Shown one piece after another: positions 45,174 to 56,488 of a stretch of 64,000 nucleotides of DNA. Position 1 is the stretch's first letter. Each line of letters starts with the position of its first letter. The stretch lies in the NCBI GenBank assembly GCA_977862235.1, contig OZ374557.1, positions 3,224,001 to 3,288,000 of the forward strand. Direction: 5' to 3'. Under the pieces are notes generated by a model, which saw nothing but the letters and a program-made list of their open reading frames with translations, was not told where the DNA came from and ran no database searches. Made by a program: the position numbers and the translations under genes. This stretch comes from Dudresnaya verticillata (lineage: Eukaryota).

Positions 45174-47423
45174 TCAACACTCCTCCTCGATGGCTCCTCC
45201 AAGTCCAACCCTTGGTAGAATCCTATTGAGCAAAGTGGGCCCGAGTGGCTTTGTCAGCAAGTCAGCGTCGTTGTCTTCTGACGGCACATACACCACTTCC
45301 AGAACAGAGTCGGCGACAAGTTCGCGAATGAAGTGTACACGAACGTCGATGTGCTTGGCACGACCAGACGGACAGCGTTCTCCAGTAGCCCAATTGATGG
45401 CAGACTGGTTGTCTGATCTCAATGGAACCGGGCCTTCGACGTTCAAATCGGCCTCCTTCAGCACTCGCGTGACCCAAACCGTCTCTTTCGCAGCCAGAGT
45501 CATTGCATAGTACTCCGACTCACAAGTTGAGAGAGCAACAGTTGACTGCTTCTTGGATCCCCAAATACACACTGCATCTCCCAGTTTCACCATGTAACCA
45601 GACATAGATTTTCGGTCTGTGGTGTCACCGGCATAGTCAGCGTCCACATAAGCTTGGATACGAGTGCTTCCGGACTGGTACGTAACTCCATGCTTGTGAG
45701 TGCCTCGAAGATATCGCAGAACCCTCTTTGCACCACGGTGACAGTACGCAGTTGGAGCCTTCTGGAACCGTGCGAGAATAAGCACAGAGGCCAAAATGTC
45801 CAGCCTTGTGCGAAGCCCCTAGTACAGAAGTGACCCGATCATCTGCTGGTACGTCTCAACCGACACGACGGCCTTGTCCTCTTCGGCGGCAAGTCCAGTG
45901 AAGAAAGACTCAACCATCGGCGTACAAGCCGGCTTAGAGTTCTGAAGTCCAAATCGACGAAGAACACTTTCCGTGTAGACCTGTTGAGTCATCTTGAGGG
46001 ACACAAATCTGCCATCAGAGTCTAGCTTCCATCCAAGCTCGACTCCGAGGAAGAGGTCAACCCCTTCAGACAGCCGTAGATCGTAGAGGCCCTGCAGTTC
46101 CTTAACAATGGCGTCTCTCTCCGCCTTTGTGGGCGCGAGGATGAGCAAGTCATCAACGTACACCAAGATGTATGCGTATCCAGAAGACTTGGATTTGCGA
46201 CGAAACACGCAAGGTGCACTTGGCAATTCCTCAAACATCATCCTAGCAAGGTCACCACACAGCTTGGTGTGCCAAGCTAGGTGAGCCTGTTTTAGCCCAT
46301 ACATAGCTTTCAGAAGTTTGTAACAGAGAGATTCCCTTCCAGGAATCCCACGCGGTGACATTACCCACACGTGTTCTGCCAGATCACCATTCAGGAAAGC
46401 CGTCTTCACGTCTAGCTGTGCAACAAACAGGTTCAAACACAGTACCAAGTATAGGAACATGCGCACCAGCGAGAACGACACAACTGGGGCGTATGTTTCC
46501 ATGTAGTCTTCACCATACGTCTGGAAGTTTCCACCAGCGACGACCCGCGCTTTGAAGCGCTCGACCGTCCCGTCGGACTTGCGTTTAACTTTCAGCACGG
46601 CGTGCGTTGGAAGCGGCTGTGCACCGGGACTGTCATCACGGACCCAAGTGCCTTTGGATTCCAAGGATGCGAACTCATCATCAATGGCAGATTGCCACAA
46701 CCCGCGCTCCTCCGGAGTGGCAGACATGGCCTCTCGAAGAGTGGGCTCATCTCCCGTTGTGAGGGCAACCTGTTGTTCAGCTTTTGCAGAGCTTGCCATA
46801 AACCATTTCGACGTCTGGCGACGTTGGCGACGAGGATATCGACTCTGTTGGTGGCGTTCTGGGTCTGAACTCACACCAGCCGGAGGATTGTCAGAGACGT
46901 TTTCTTCCTCAGCCGTGTCATCAGATTCGAATGAGCTGGGTTCTGATGGAGGTAGTGGAGGTGAAGAAGGTGTGTCAACTTCAATTGCATCCTCTTCATC
47001 CTCAAAGTTACCCAGCGACACATCGTCATCAGAGTCCGAGTTGCAAATAGAGGCCTCTGAGTTAGACTCGTAATCTTCATCCGAATCTGCCTCGTCCTGC
47101 CCATATTCCAACAGGCTTGGAGCACCCGGGAATTTGGACTCGTCGAATGTGACATGCCGCGACTCAACCACACGAGGTATACCGTCACCGCCAGTGACCA
47201 ATATCCTGTAGATCCCATGCTCTAGAGTCTCCAAGTGCACCCCCTCAAGTGCACGAGACTCGAACTTGGATCCGCGTGGGAGCCTTAGGACATATGCAGC
47301 ACATCCAAACACTCTTAAATGTTTTAAATCAGGAACATCACCTGTCATGACCGAGTATGGCGTAGCCCCAACGGTTGAGTGTGGTACCCGATTGCGCACG
47401 TAGTTGACATGCTTCAGTGCAAA
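45174..47423 (-). pseudogene. Copy E pol remnant (IN C-terminus, RT, RNase H) with a premature TAG
   Basis: ORFs 45819-47399 and 45174-45794 are in the same frame, separated by TTG>TAG. Confidence 0.93.
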
Positions 47424-50400
47424 TGAAAAGGAATATGGAGAGGTTGGAGTTGAACAAGATGAGAAATGGAAGTCGCTTGACTTCGTTTACTGCAGTCGAC
47501 AATCCGACATGGCTTATATCAGCTTTTCGGATGAGTTGCTGCGTGAACACAAACAAAACAAATCATTAAAGAAACGCCCAAAATCCCTATTATCAAATGG
47601 GCGGGAAAAAGTAAAGCAATTAAATCTACCAAATCATACTCTCAGCACACTCACATCCGCCACCAAAATGGGCGGGAACTTGCACACCAGTGTTGCTAAC
47701 TGCTGACATCAGCAATCCCTCTTGCGACCGCATTTCCTGCCATCCATATGTACTCCAACTTTGGGCGGGAACGTGAAAGTATCGAGTGTCCCCGCATGGC
47801 TGCTGTCGGACAACGCTGCACACCACGTGGCCGCACTTACCAGCTCAAGTCCGTCCATGAATATCCAACTTGGATCATTGACCATGTACTCACCCAGACT
47901 TGCCTACGTGGCAGCTGTAAACCAACGTGTCGGCCGCACGACAGCTACGTGGCAACTGTAAACCAACGTGTCGGCCGCACGACAGCTACGTGCCAACTGT
48001 AAACCAACGTGTCGGCCGCACAACAACTGCATCTGCTGATATCACAAGTCAGGCTCCACGTAGCGCAAGTCCCTGCAGTACCAACTCGGACGCCATCAGC
48101 ACATTGCATGGCACGTTCATGTGTACTTGTGGAGTACAGTGCGAGTCATACCAACACCATTCCATGCCATACCACGTGCATCCATGTGGTCCAATCAGAT
48201 CGTTCCACTTGGCCGTTCCTGTTATAACCGCCAATTCCAGCACAACACTTGTAAGCCATATAGACCATGGAGGCGGTTTGTAACAACCAATCAGAAGCCC
48301 GTTTCACGTTGCTTTTGCAAAAGGCCTAAATGCGCCGTGATTTTGGAAGCCCGGAAAAAGGGCTGTCGTCTCCGGAAGGTTTGGTGACAGCGTGCCAGGG
48401 TGCCATCTGGGGTGCCTGACCCGTGACGTGAGGCGCCAGCGACCATGTCCTCAACACTCCTCCTCGATGGCTCCTCCAAGTCCAACCCTTGGTAGAATCC
48501 TATTGAGCAAAGTGGGCCCGAGTGGCTTTGTCAGCAAGTCCGCGTCGTTGTCTTCTGACGGCACATACACCACTTCCAGAACAGAGTCGGCGACAAGTTC
48601 GCGAATGAAGTGAACACGAACGTCGATATGCTTGGCACGACCAGACGGACAGCGTTCTCCAGTAGCCCAATTGATGGCAGACTGGTTGTCTGATCTCAAT
48701 GGAACGGGGCCTTCGACGTTCAAGTCGGCCTCCTTCAGCACTCGCGTGACCCAAACCGTCTCTTTCGCAGCCAGAGTCATTGCATAGTACTCCGACTCGC
48801 AAGTTGAGAGAGCAACAGTTGACTGCTTCTTGGATCCCCAAATACACACTGCATCTCCCAGTTTCACCATGTAACCAGACATAGATTTTCGGTCTGTGGT
48901 GTCACCGGCATAGTCAGCGTCCACATAAGCTTGGATACGAGTGGTTCCGGACTGGTACGTAACTCCATGCTTGTGAGTGCCTCGGAGATATCGCAGAACC
49001 CTCTTTGCACCGCGGTGACAGTACGCAGTTGGAGCCTTCTGGAACCGTGCGAGAATAAGCACAGAGGCCAAAATGTCCAGCCTTGTGCGAAGCCCCAAGT
49101 ACAGAAGTGACCCGATCATCTGCTGGTACGTCTCAACCGACACGACGGCCTTGTCCTCTTCGGCGGCAAGTCCAGTGAAGAAAGACTCAACCATCGGCGT
49201 ACAAGCCGGCTTAGAGTTCTGAAGTCCAAATCGACGAAGAACACTTTCCGTGTAGACCTGTTGAGTCATCTTGAGGGACACAAATCTGCCATCAGAGTCT
49301 AGCTTCCATCCAAGCTCGACTCCGAGGAAGAGGTCAACCCCTTCAGACAGCCGTAGATCGTAGAGGCCCTGCAGTTCCTTAACAATGGCGTCTCTCTCCG
49401 CCTTTGTGGGCGCGAGGATGAGCAAGTCATCAACGTACACCAAGATGTATGCGTATCCAGAAGACTTGGATTTGCGACGAAACACGCAAGGTGCACTTGG
49501 CAATTCCTCAAACATCATCCTAGCAAGGTCACCACACAGCTTGGTGTGCCAAGCTAGGTGAGCCTGTTTTAGCCCATACATAGCTTTCAGAAGTTTGTAA
49601 CAGAGAGATTCCCTTCCAGGAATCCCACGCGGTGACATTACCCACACGTGTTCTGCCAGATCACCATTCAGGAAAGCCGTCTTCACGTCTAGCTGTGCAA
49701 CAAACAGGTTCAAACACAGTACCAAGTATAGGAACATGCGCACCAGCGAGAACGACACAACTGGGGCGTATGTTTCCATGTAGTCTTCACCATACGTCTG
49801 GAAGTTTCCACCAGCGACGACCCGCGCTTTGAAGCGCTCGACCGTCCCGTCGGACTTGCGTTTAACTTTCAGCACGGCGTGCGTTGGAAGCGGCTGTGCA
49901 TCGGGACTGTCATCACGGACCCAAGTGCCTTTGGATTCCAAGGATGCGAACTCATCATCAATGGCAGATTGCCACAACCCGCGCTCCTCCGGAGTGGCAG
50001 ACATGGCCTCTCGAAGAGTGGGCTCATCTCCAGTTGTGAGGGCAACCTGTTGTTCAGCTCGTGCAGAGCTTGCCATAAACCATTTCGACGTCTGGCGACG
50101 TTGGCGACGAGGATATCGACTCTGTTGGTGGCGTTCTGGGTCTGAACTCACACCAGCCGGAGGATTGTCAGAGACGTTTTCTTCCTCAGCCGTGTCATCA
50201 GATTCGAATGAGCTGGGTTCTGATGGAGGTAGTGGAGGTGAAGAAGGTGTGTCAACTTCAATTGCATCCTCTTCATCCTCAAAGTTACCCAGCGATACAT
50301 CGTCATCAGAGTCCGAGTTGAAAATAGAGGCCTCTGAGTTAGACTCGTAATCTTCATCCGAATCTGCCTCGTCCTGCCCATATTCCAACAGGCTTGGAGC

Positions 50401-53400
50401 ACCCGGGAATTTGGACTCGTCGAATGTGACATGCCGCGACTCAACCACACGAGGTATACCGTCACCGCCAGTGACCAATATCCTGTAGATCCCATGCTCT
50501 AGAGTCTCCAAGTGCACCCCCTCAAGTGCACGAGACTCGAACTTGGATCCGCGTGGGAGCCTTAGGACATATGCAGCACATCCAAACACTCTTAAATGTT
50601 TTAAATCAGGAACATCACCTGTCATGACCGAGTATGGCGTAGCCCCAACGGTTGAGTGTGGTACCCGATTGCGCACGTAGTTGACATGCTTCAGTGCAAA
50701 CGGCCACAAACATCCCGGTAGATCAGCCTGGATCAGCAAAGTCAGGGCAGCTTCCACCATGGTTCGGTTCACCCTTTCCGCGATTCCATTGAGCTCCGGA
50801 GTATAAGGTGGGGAGAAGGATTTGCCACTGTCTCCAACTCCTCCCAAATCTTTCCGCAAAGCCAAATACTCCTGAGCCCCGTCTGAGTGGATTTTTGTTA
50901 TTTCTGCTCCTCCAAGCTCGATAAACTTTGCTGAAGCTTGATCAAATGCTGCACTCAACATACGGCGACTTCTCATACATGCGACGACCAAGAAACGGGA
51001 TTTGTCATCCAGAAACGTCGTGGCATACCGGAAACGATCGGGAAAGGAGATCTGGATTGGACCAACAATATCGGAATGCACGAGATCACCGACAGCTTTG
51101 GCCGGGCGGAAGTGCCCTGGGAATGATTGTTTGTGTGCTTTCCCAAGTCTACAAGCCCGACACACTTCATGAGTGGAGCCCAACTCCGGAACACCCTCAA
51201 CATGCTCGTGCACTTTGGCCAAGTCCCGAAAATTAATGTGGGCAAGACGTCGATGCCAGAGCTCAGTAGTTTGCTGCGTGCTGGGGACAGCCAGTACTTG
51301 CTCCTCCGAAGTGTGCGGCTCGGGTTCTGGTAGCATGTACATTCCAGAACTCGCATCGCGAACGCCGGATCCAATATAGTACCCATCAGAGTCGAGTACC
51401 AAGCGCACGTCCAAGCGGCGAAAGTGGGATTCAATTCCTTTATCTGCCGAACGCCCAGTAGAGACAAGATTGTATCCCATCTGCGGGATGAAGAGGGCCT
51501 TCTTGAGCCGAATATTAGCATGCTCAAACGGCAGAATCACATCTCCACATAGGTCTGAGGTGACAGACGACTTGTCCGCAAGCACTACAGTACGCTTTTC
51601 GCAGCGCGATACTGAGCTCGGTACAAAAGAAGTCATTGAGTGGAAGCAATGCACCGTTGCTCCACTGTCGGCATACGTTCCTTGGTCGTTCGGAGGAACA
51701 ACAGTAGTCATCTCAACCGATGCACCGGCGATTTCTACCTTTGCAGATTTACCATTATTCTTACCAGATGCAGCTACCGCCGAGTTGGCGTTGCCCTTTT
51801 TGCCCTGGTTGGTGAACATCTGTCGCACCTTTGGAGGAAGCTTGTTGTTAGGATTTTCCGGATTGAGATAGCATCGATCCGCGGTGTGTCCATCCTTGTC
51901 GCAAACATCACAGTGAAGGTGCCGGTTCGGGGTGGAGTGAGCCTGCTTGGCGGACTTGAGTGCAACCGCCAACGCACGGACGGTGGATTCAATATCAGAA
52001 GAGTCATCGGAGTCGTCGTTGTCATCCAGCGGGTTGTGTTGCTGGCGAGAACCTGACGACGCGGACTTCTTTTTCTTCTTCCGACGACTCTTCGACTTAC
52101 TGGATCTCCCACCTGCGTTTGATCCATGAGAATCTTTGGCGTTGTACTCATCGATCAGCGTGGTTGCGACGTAGTCCCAAGTCAGCTCAGCAGCATCTTT
52201 GGTGCGAAGAGCGGCAGCTGTTGACTCCAGGTTGCAGGACGGATCAATGGAAGCAAGCAGCATAGGTGCCTTATGCGTCTCCGGTATCGCCGAGTCGTTG
52301 CCCATGCGTTCCAGTTGGGCGAACAGTGACGTGTACTGGTCAACATAGTTGGACATATTCTGGCCGGTGTACGTCATACGGAATAGCTTGGTCTGTACGG
52401 CGATACGGGATACAGTTCGACTGGACGCATAACGCGAGTCCAATAGCTCCAGCATGCGTTTGGGATCATCATCAACCTCCATAACGACACGAAGCGGAGC
52501 ATCACCAAGTGCGGAGATGATGATCCCGCAAGCCTTCTCACGTTTGGCCAAGGTTCTGGCGTGAAGAATGGAAGTATCCGCTGAGGCCTCTCCAGTTGAC
52601 TGTGAGCTGCTCGGTGTGTCGTTTGAGGTGTGGACAACATTCCAAACCCCTTTGATGCGGCATGCGGCACGAAGGCGATGACGCCAGAGACTGTAGTCGT
52701 CACCTCTCCTGCCGTGGAAACGGGGTATCTTGACCCCGCTCGAAGTATCCATCTCGGCTTCGGTATCAGTCATCGCTGTTGGGACTGATGCTGAGAAGAG
52801 ATAACTTGAATAGTTTTAGAAAACTTGGTGAACTTGGGGCAGTGCTGTTAGTGCAACAGTGTTGATGCCCAGAGGGTAATAGTCGTGTTAAGCAGAGCAG
52901 TGCAGCTCACACAACGAAGACGTGACGACGAAGCTGAGAAATGTGTCGAACACGTCGGTAATATAATACAGTCACAAGCGGAGCACACTTTGCCAAGTAG
53001 CTCCCACGCTTGGAGTAATGAAACTCTCAGGTGATGATGGGATCACCTGGACTGAAGAAGAAAAGTTGAAACTTGAAGTTGAAAAGTTGATTCTTGATAG
53101 TTGAACGTCTTTTTGACGCGGGATGTTCTGGCACCAGGTTCTACCTAGTCACCCCTAGGAGTCGGACTCCTGGCCCCCGGATATGATTCTCCGGGTGAAA
53201 TGCGTCTTTCAGCAGCCCTTTCGTGCCGTGCGCACACAGACACGAAGTATGCAATCCTTACGAGACGTCCACCTTATGGGTACTAACTCAAAACGAGTGT
53301 TCACCACACGAACAGGTCCAGTCTCTTGCAGGAATGGAACTAGGCCCAACCGTGTCAAGGTTCTGGATCTTACTGGAGGCTGCTCCCCTAGGCCAACGAG

Positions 53401-54762
53401 GTCCTGACTTAACGAGAGTCACCACGCACAACACTCAACCTCTCAGCAAGCTCACGGACCAAGACAACAGCGGACGAGAGCCTCGAGAACTCTCTCACAA
53501 AATCAGAGACACAAGCCGACACAGTGGGATAGGGACCACTTTCAACAGACAACAAGCAGACAGGACAGGACACAAGCAGACAGGACAGGACACAAGCCGA
53601 CAGGACAGGACACAAGCAGACAGGACAGGCCAGGACGGGACCGGACAGTATCAAGAATGAAAAGAAAAAGGAAGAAGGTTGCAGCGAAGCGATGAAGTCT
53701 GCGTAGGTCGACCTTCTGGGCCCATAACCTGAAAAGGAATATGGAGAGGTTGGAGTTGAACAAGATGAGAAATGGAAGTCGCTTGACTTCGTTTACTGCA
53801 GTCGACAATCCGACATGGCTTATATCAGCTTTTCGGATGAGTTGCTGCGTGAACACAAACAAAACAAATCATTAAAGAAACGCCCAAAATCCCTATTATC
53901 AAATGGGCGGGAAAAAGTAAAGCAATTAAATCTACCAAATCATACTCTCAGCACACTCACATCCGCCACCAAAATGGGCGGGAACTTGCACACCAGTGTT
54001 GCTAACTGCTGACATCAGCAATCCCTCTTGCGACCGCATTTCCTGCCATCCATATGTACTCCAACTTTGGGCGGGAACGTGAAAGTATCGAGTGTCCCCG
54101 CATGGCTGCTGTCGGACAACGCTGCACACCACGTGGCCGCACTTACCAGCTCAAGTCCGTCCATGAATATCCAACTTGGATCATTGACCATGTACTCACC
54201 CAGACTTGCCTACGTGGCAGCTGTAAACCAACGTGTCGGCCGCACGACAGCTACGTGGCAACTGTAAACCAACGTGTCGGCCGCACGACAGCTACGTGCC
54301 AACTGTAAACCAACGTGTCGGCCGCACAACAACTGCATCTGCTGATATCACAAGTCAGGCTCCACGTAGCGCAAGTCCCTGCAGTACCAACTCGGACGCC
54401 ATCAGCACATTGCATGGCACGTTCATGTGTACTTGTGGAGTACAGTGCGAGTCATACCAACACCATTCCATGCCATACCACGTGCATCCATGTGGTCCAA
54501 TCAGATCGTTCCACTTGGCCGTTCCTGTTATAACCGCCAATTCCAGCACAACACTTGTAAGCCATATAGACCATGGAGGCGGTTTGTAACAACCAATCAG
54601 AAGCCCGTTTCACGTTGCTTTTGCAAAAGGCCTAAATGCGCCGTGATTTTGGAAGCCCGGAAAAAGGGCTGTCGTCTCCGGAAGGTTTGGTGACAGCGTG
54701 CCAGGGTGCCATCTGGGGTGCCTGACCCGTGACGTGAGGCGCCAGCGACCATGTCCTCAACA
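47424..54762 (-). mobile_element. Full-length copia copy F, inserted in the integrase region of E
   Basis: LTRs 47424-48456 and 53730-54762 (1033 bp). TSD GCAAA at 47419-47423 and 54763-54767. Confidence 0.98.
48451..52773 (-). CDS. Copia gag-pol polyprotein, 1440 aa, intact (copy F)
   Basis: Uninterrupted ORF with all the motifs seen in copy A. Confidence 0.97.
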   Translation of the reverse strand: MTDTEAEMDTSSGVKIPRFHGRRGDDYSLWRHRLRAACRIKGVWNVVHTSNDTPSSSQSTGEASADTSILHARTLAKREKACGIIISALGDAPLRVVMEVDDDPKRMLELLDSRYASSRTVSRIAVQTKLFRMTYTGQNMSNYVDQYTSLFAQLERMGNDSAIPETHKAPMLLASIDPSCNLESTAAALRTKDAAELTWDYVATTLIDEYNAKDSHGSNAGGRSSKSKSRRKKKKKSASSGSRQQHNPLDDNDDSDDSSDIESTVRALAVALKSAKQAHSTPNRHLHCDVCDKDGHTADRCYLNPENPNNKLPPKVRQMFTNQGKKGNANSAVAASGKNNGKSAKVEIAGASVEMTTVVPPNDQGTYADSGATVHCFHSMTSFVPSSVSRCEKRTVVLADKSSVTSDLCGDVILPFEHANIRLKKALFIPQMGYNLVSTGRSADKGIESHFRRLDVRLVLDSDGYYIGSGVRDASSGMYMLPEPEPHTSEEQVLAVPSTQQTTELWHRRLAHINFRDLAKVHEHVEGVPELGSTHEVCRACRLGKAHKQSFPGHFRPAKAVGDLVHSDIVGPIQISFPDRFRYATTFLDDKSRFLVVACMRSRRMLSAAFDQASAKFIELGGAEITKIHSDGAQEYLALRKDLGGVGDSGKSFSPPYTPELNGIAERVNRTMVEAALTLLIQADLPGCLWPFALKHVNYVRNRVPHSTVGATPYSVMTGDVPDLKHLRVFGCAAYVLRLPRGSKFESRALEGVHLETLEHGIYRILVTGGDGIPRVVESRHVTFDESKFPGAPSLLEYGQDEADSDEDYESNSEASIFNSDSDDDVSLGNFEDEEDAIEVDTPSSPPLPPSEPSSFESDDTAEEENVSDNPPAGVSSDPERHQQSRYPRRQRRQTSKWFMASSARAEQQVALTTGDEPTLREAMSATPEERGLWQSAIDDEFASLESKGTWVRDDSPDAQPLPTHAVLKVKRKSDGTVERFKARVVAGGNFQTYGEDYMETYAPVVSFSLVRMFLYLVLCLNLFVAQLDVKTAFLNGDLAEHVWVMSPRGIPGRESLCYKLLKAMYGLKQAHLAWHTKLCGDLARMMFEELPSAPCVFRRKSKSSGYAYILVYVDDLLILAPTKAERDAIVKELQGLYDLRLSEGVDLFLGVELGWKLDSDGRFVSLKMTQQVYTESVLRRFGLQNSKPACTPMVESFFTGLAAEEDKAVVSVETYQQMIGSLLYLGLRTRLDILASVLILARFQKAPTAYCHRGAKRVLRYLRGTHKHGVTYQSGTTRIQAYVDADYAGDTTDRKSMSGYMVKLGDAVCIWGSKKQSTVALSTCESEYYAMTLAAKETVWVTRVLKEADLNVEGPVPLRSDNQSAINWATGERCPSGRAKHIDVRVHFIRELVADSVLEVVYVPSEDNDADLLTKPLGPTLLNRILPRVGLGGAIEEEC

Positions 54763-56488
54763 GCAAACGGCCACAAACATCCCGGTAGATCAGCCTGGAT
54801 CAGCAAAGTCAGGGCAGCTTCCACCATGGTTCGGTTCACCCTTTCCGCGATTCCATTTGAAAAGGAATATGGAGAGGTTGAAGTTGAACAAGATGAGAAA
54901 TGGAAGTCGCTTGACTTCGTTTACTGCAGTCGACCATCCGACATGGCTTATATCAGCTTTTCGGATGAGTTGCTGCGTGAACACAAACAAAACAAATCAT
55001 TAAAGAAACGCCCAAAATCCCTATCATCAAATGGGCGGGAAAAAGTAAAACAATTAAATCTACCAAATCATACTCTCAGCACACTCACATCCGCCACCAA
55101 AATGGGCGGGAACTTGCACACCAGTGTTGCTAACTGCTGACATCAGCAATCCCTCTTGCGACCGCATTTCCTGCCATCCATATGTACTCCAACTTTGGGC
55201 GGGAACTCGAAAGTATCGAGTGTCCCCGCATGACTGCTGTCGGACAACACTGCATACCACGTGGCCGCACTTACGAGCTGAAGTCCGTCCATGAATATCC
55301 AACTTGGATCATTGACCACGTAATCACCCAGATTTGCCTACGTGGCAGCTGTAAACCAACGTGTCGGCCGCACGACACCTACGTGGCAACTGTAAACCAA
55401 CGTGTCGGCCGCACGACAACTGCATCTGCTGATATCACAAGCCAGGCTCCACGTAGCGCAAGTCCCTGCAGTACCAACTCAGACGCCATCAGCACATTGC
55501 ATGGCACGTTCATATGTACTTGTGGAGTACAGTGCGCGTCATACCAGTACCATTCCATGCCATACCACGTGCATCCATGTGGTCCAATCAGATCGTTCCA
55601 CTTGGCCGTTCCTGTTATAACCGCCAATTCCAGCACAACACTTGTAAGCCATATAGACCATGGAGGCGGTTTGTAACAACCAATCAGAAGCCCGTTTCAC
55701 GTTGCTTTTGCAAAAGGCCTAAATGCGCCGTGATTTTGGAAGCCCGGAAAAAGGGCTGTCGTCTCCGGAAGGTTTGGTGAAAGCGTGCCAGGGTACCATC
55801 TGGGGTACCTGACCCGTGACGTGAGGCGCCAGCGACCATGTCCTCAACACTCCTCCTCGATGGCTCCTCCAAGTCCAACCCTTGGTAGAATCCTATTGAG
55901 CAAAGTGGGCCCGAGTGGCTTTGTCAGCAAGTCCGCGTCGTTGTCTTCTGACGGCACATACACCACTTCCAGAACAGAGTCGGCGACAAGTTCGCGAATG
56001 AAGTGTACACGAACGTCGATGTGCTTGGCACGACCAGACGGACAGCGTTCTCCAGTAGCCCAATTGATGGCAGACTGGTTGTCTGATCTCAATGGAACCG
56101 GGCCTTCGACGTTCAAATCGGCCTCCTTCAGCACTCGCGTGACCCAAACCGTCTCTTTCGCAGCCAGAGTCATTGCATAGTACTCCGACTCGCAAGTTGA
56201 GAGAGCAACAGTTGACTGCTTCTTGGATCCCCAAATACACACTGCATCTCCCAGTTTCACCATGTAACCAGACATAGATTTTCGGTCTGTGGTGTCACCG
56301 GCATAGTCAGCGTCCACATAAGCTTGGATACGAGTGCTTCCGGACTGGTACGTAACTCCATGCTTGTGAGTGCCTCGAAGATATCGCAGAACCCTCTTTA
56401 CACCACGGTGACAGTACGCAGTTGGAGCCTTCTGGAACCGTGCGAGGATAAGCACAGAGGCCAAAATGTCCAGCCTTGTGCGAAGCCC

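Larger units (their letters stand above)
35511..54857 (-). mobile_element. Copia copy E (3' LTR 35511-35604 plus 44200-45179, 1074 bp; internal 45180-47423 and 54768-54857), host of D, F and G; continues beyond the window
   Basis: Segments rejoin exactly across TSDs CTTAT and GCAAA. Nonsense codon at 45819-45821. Confidence 0.93.

Noticed and set aside
48398..48417. Paired GGTACC>GGTGCC changes near the LTR start in F/H as compensatory stem mutations
   Set aside because: Both changes are the same substitution in direct orientation and do not restore Watson-Crick pairing on the sense strand.
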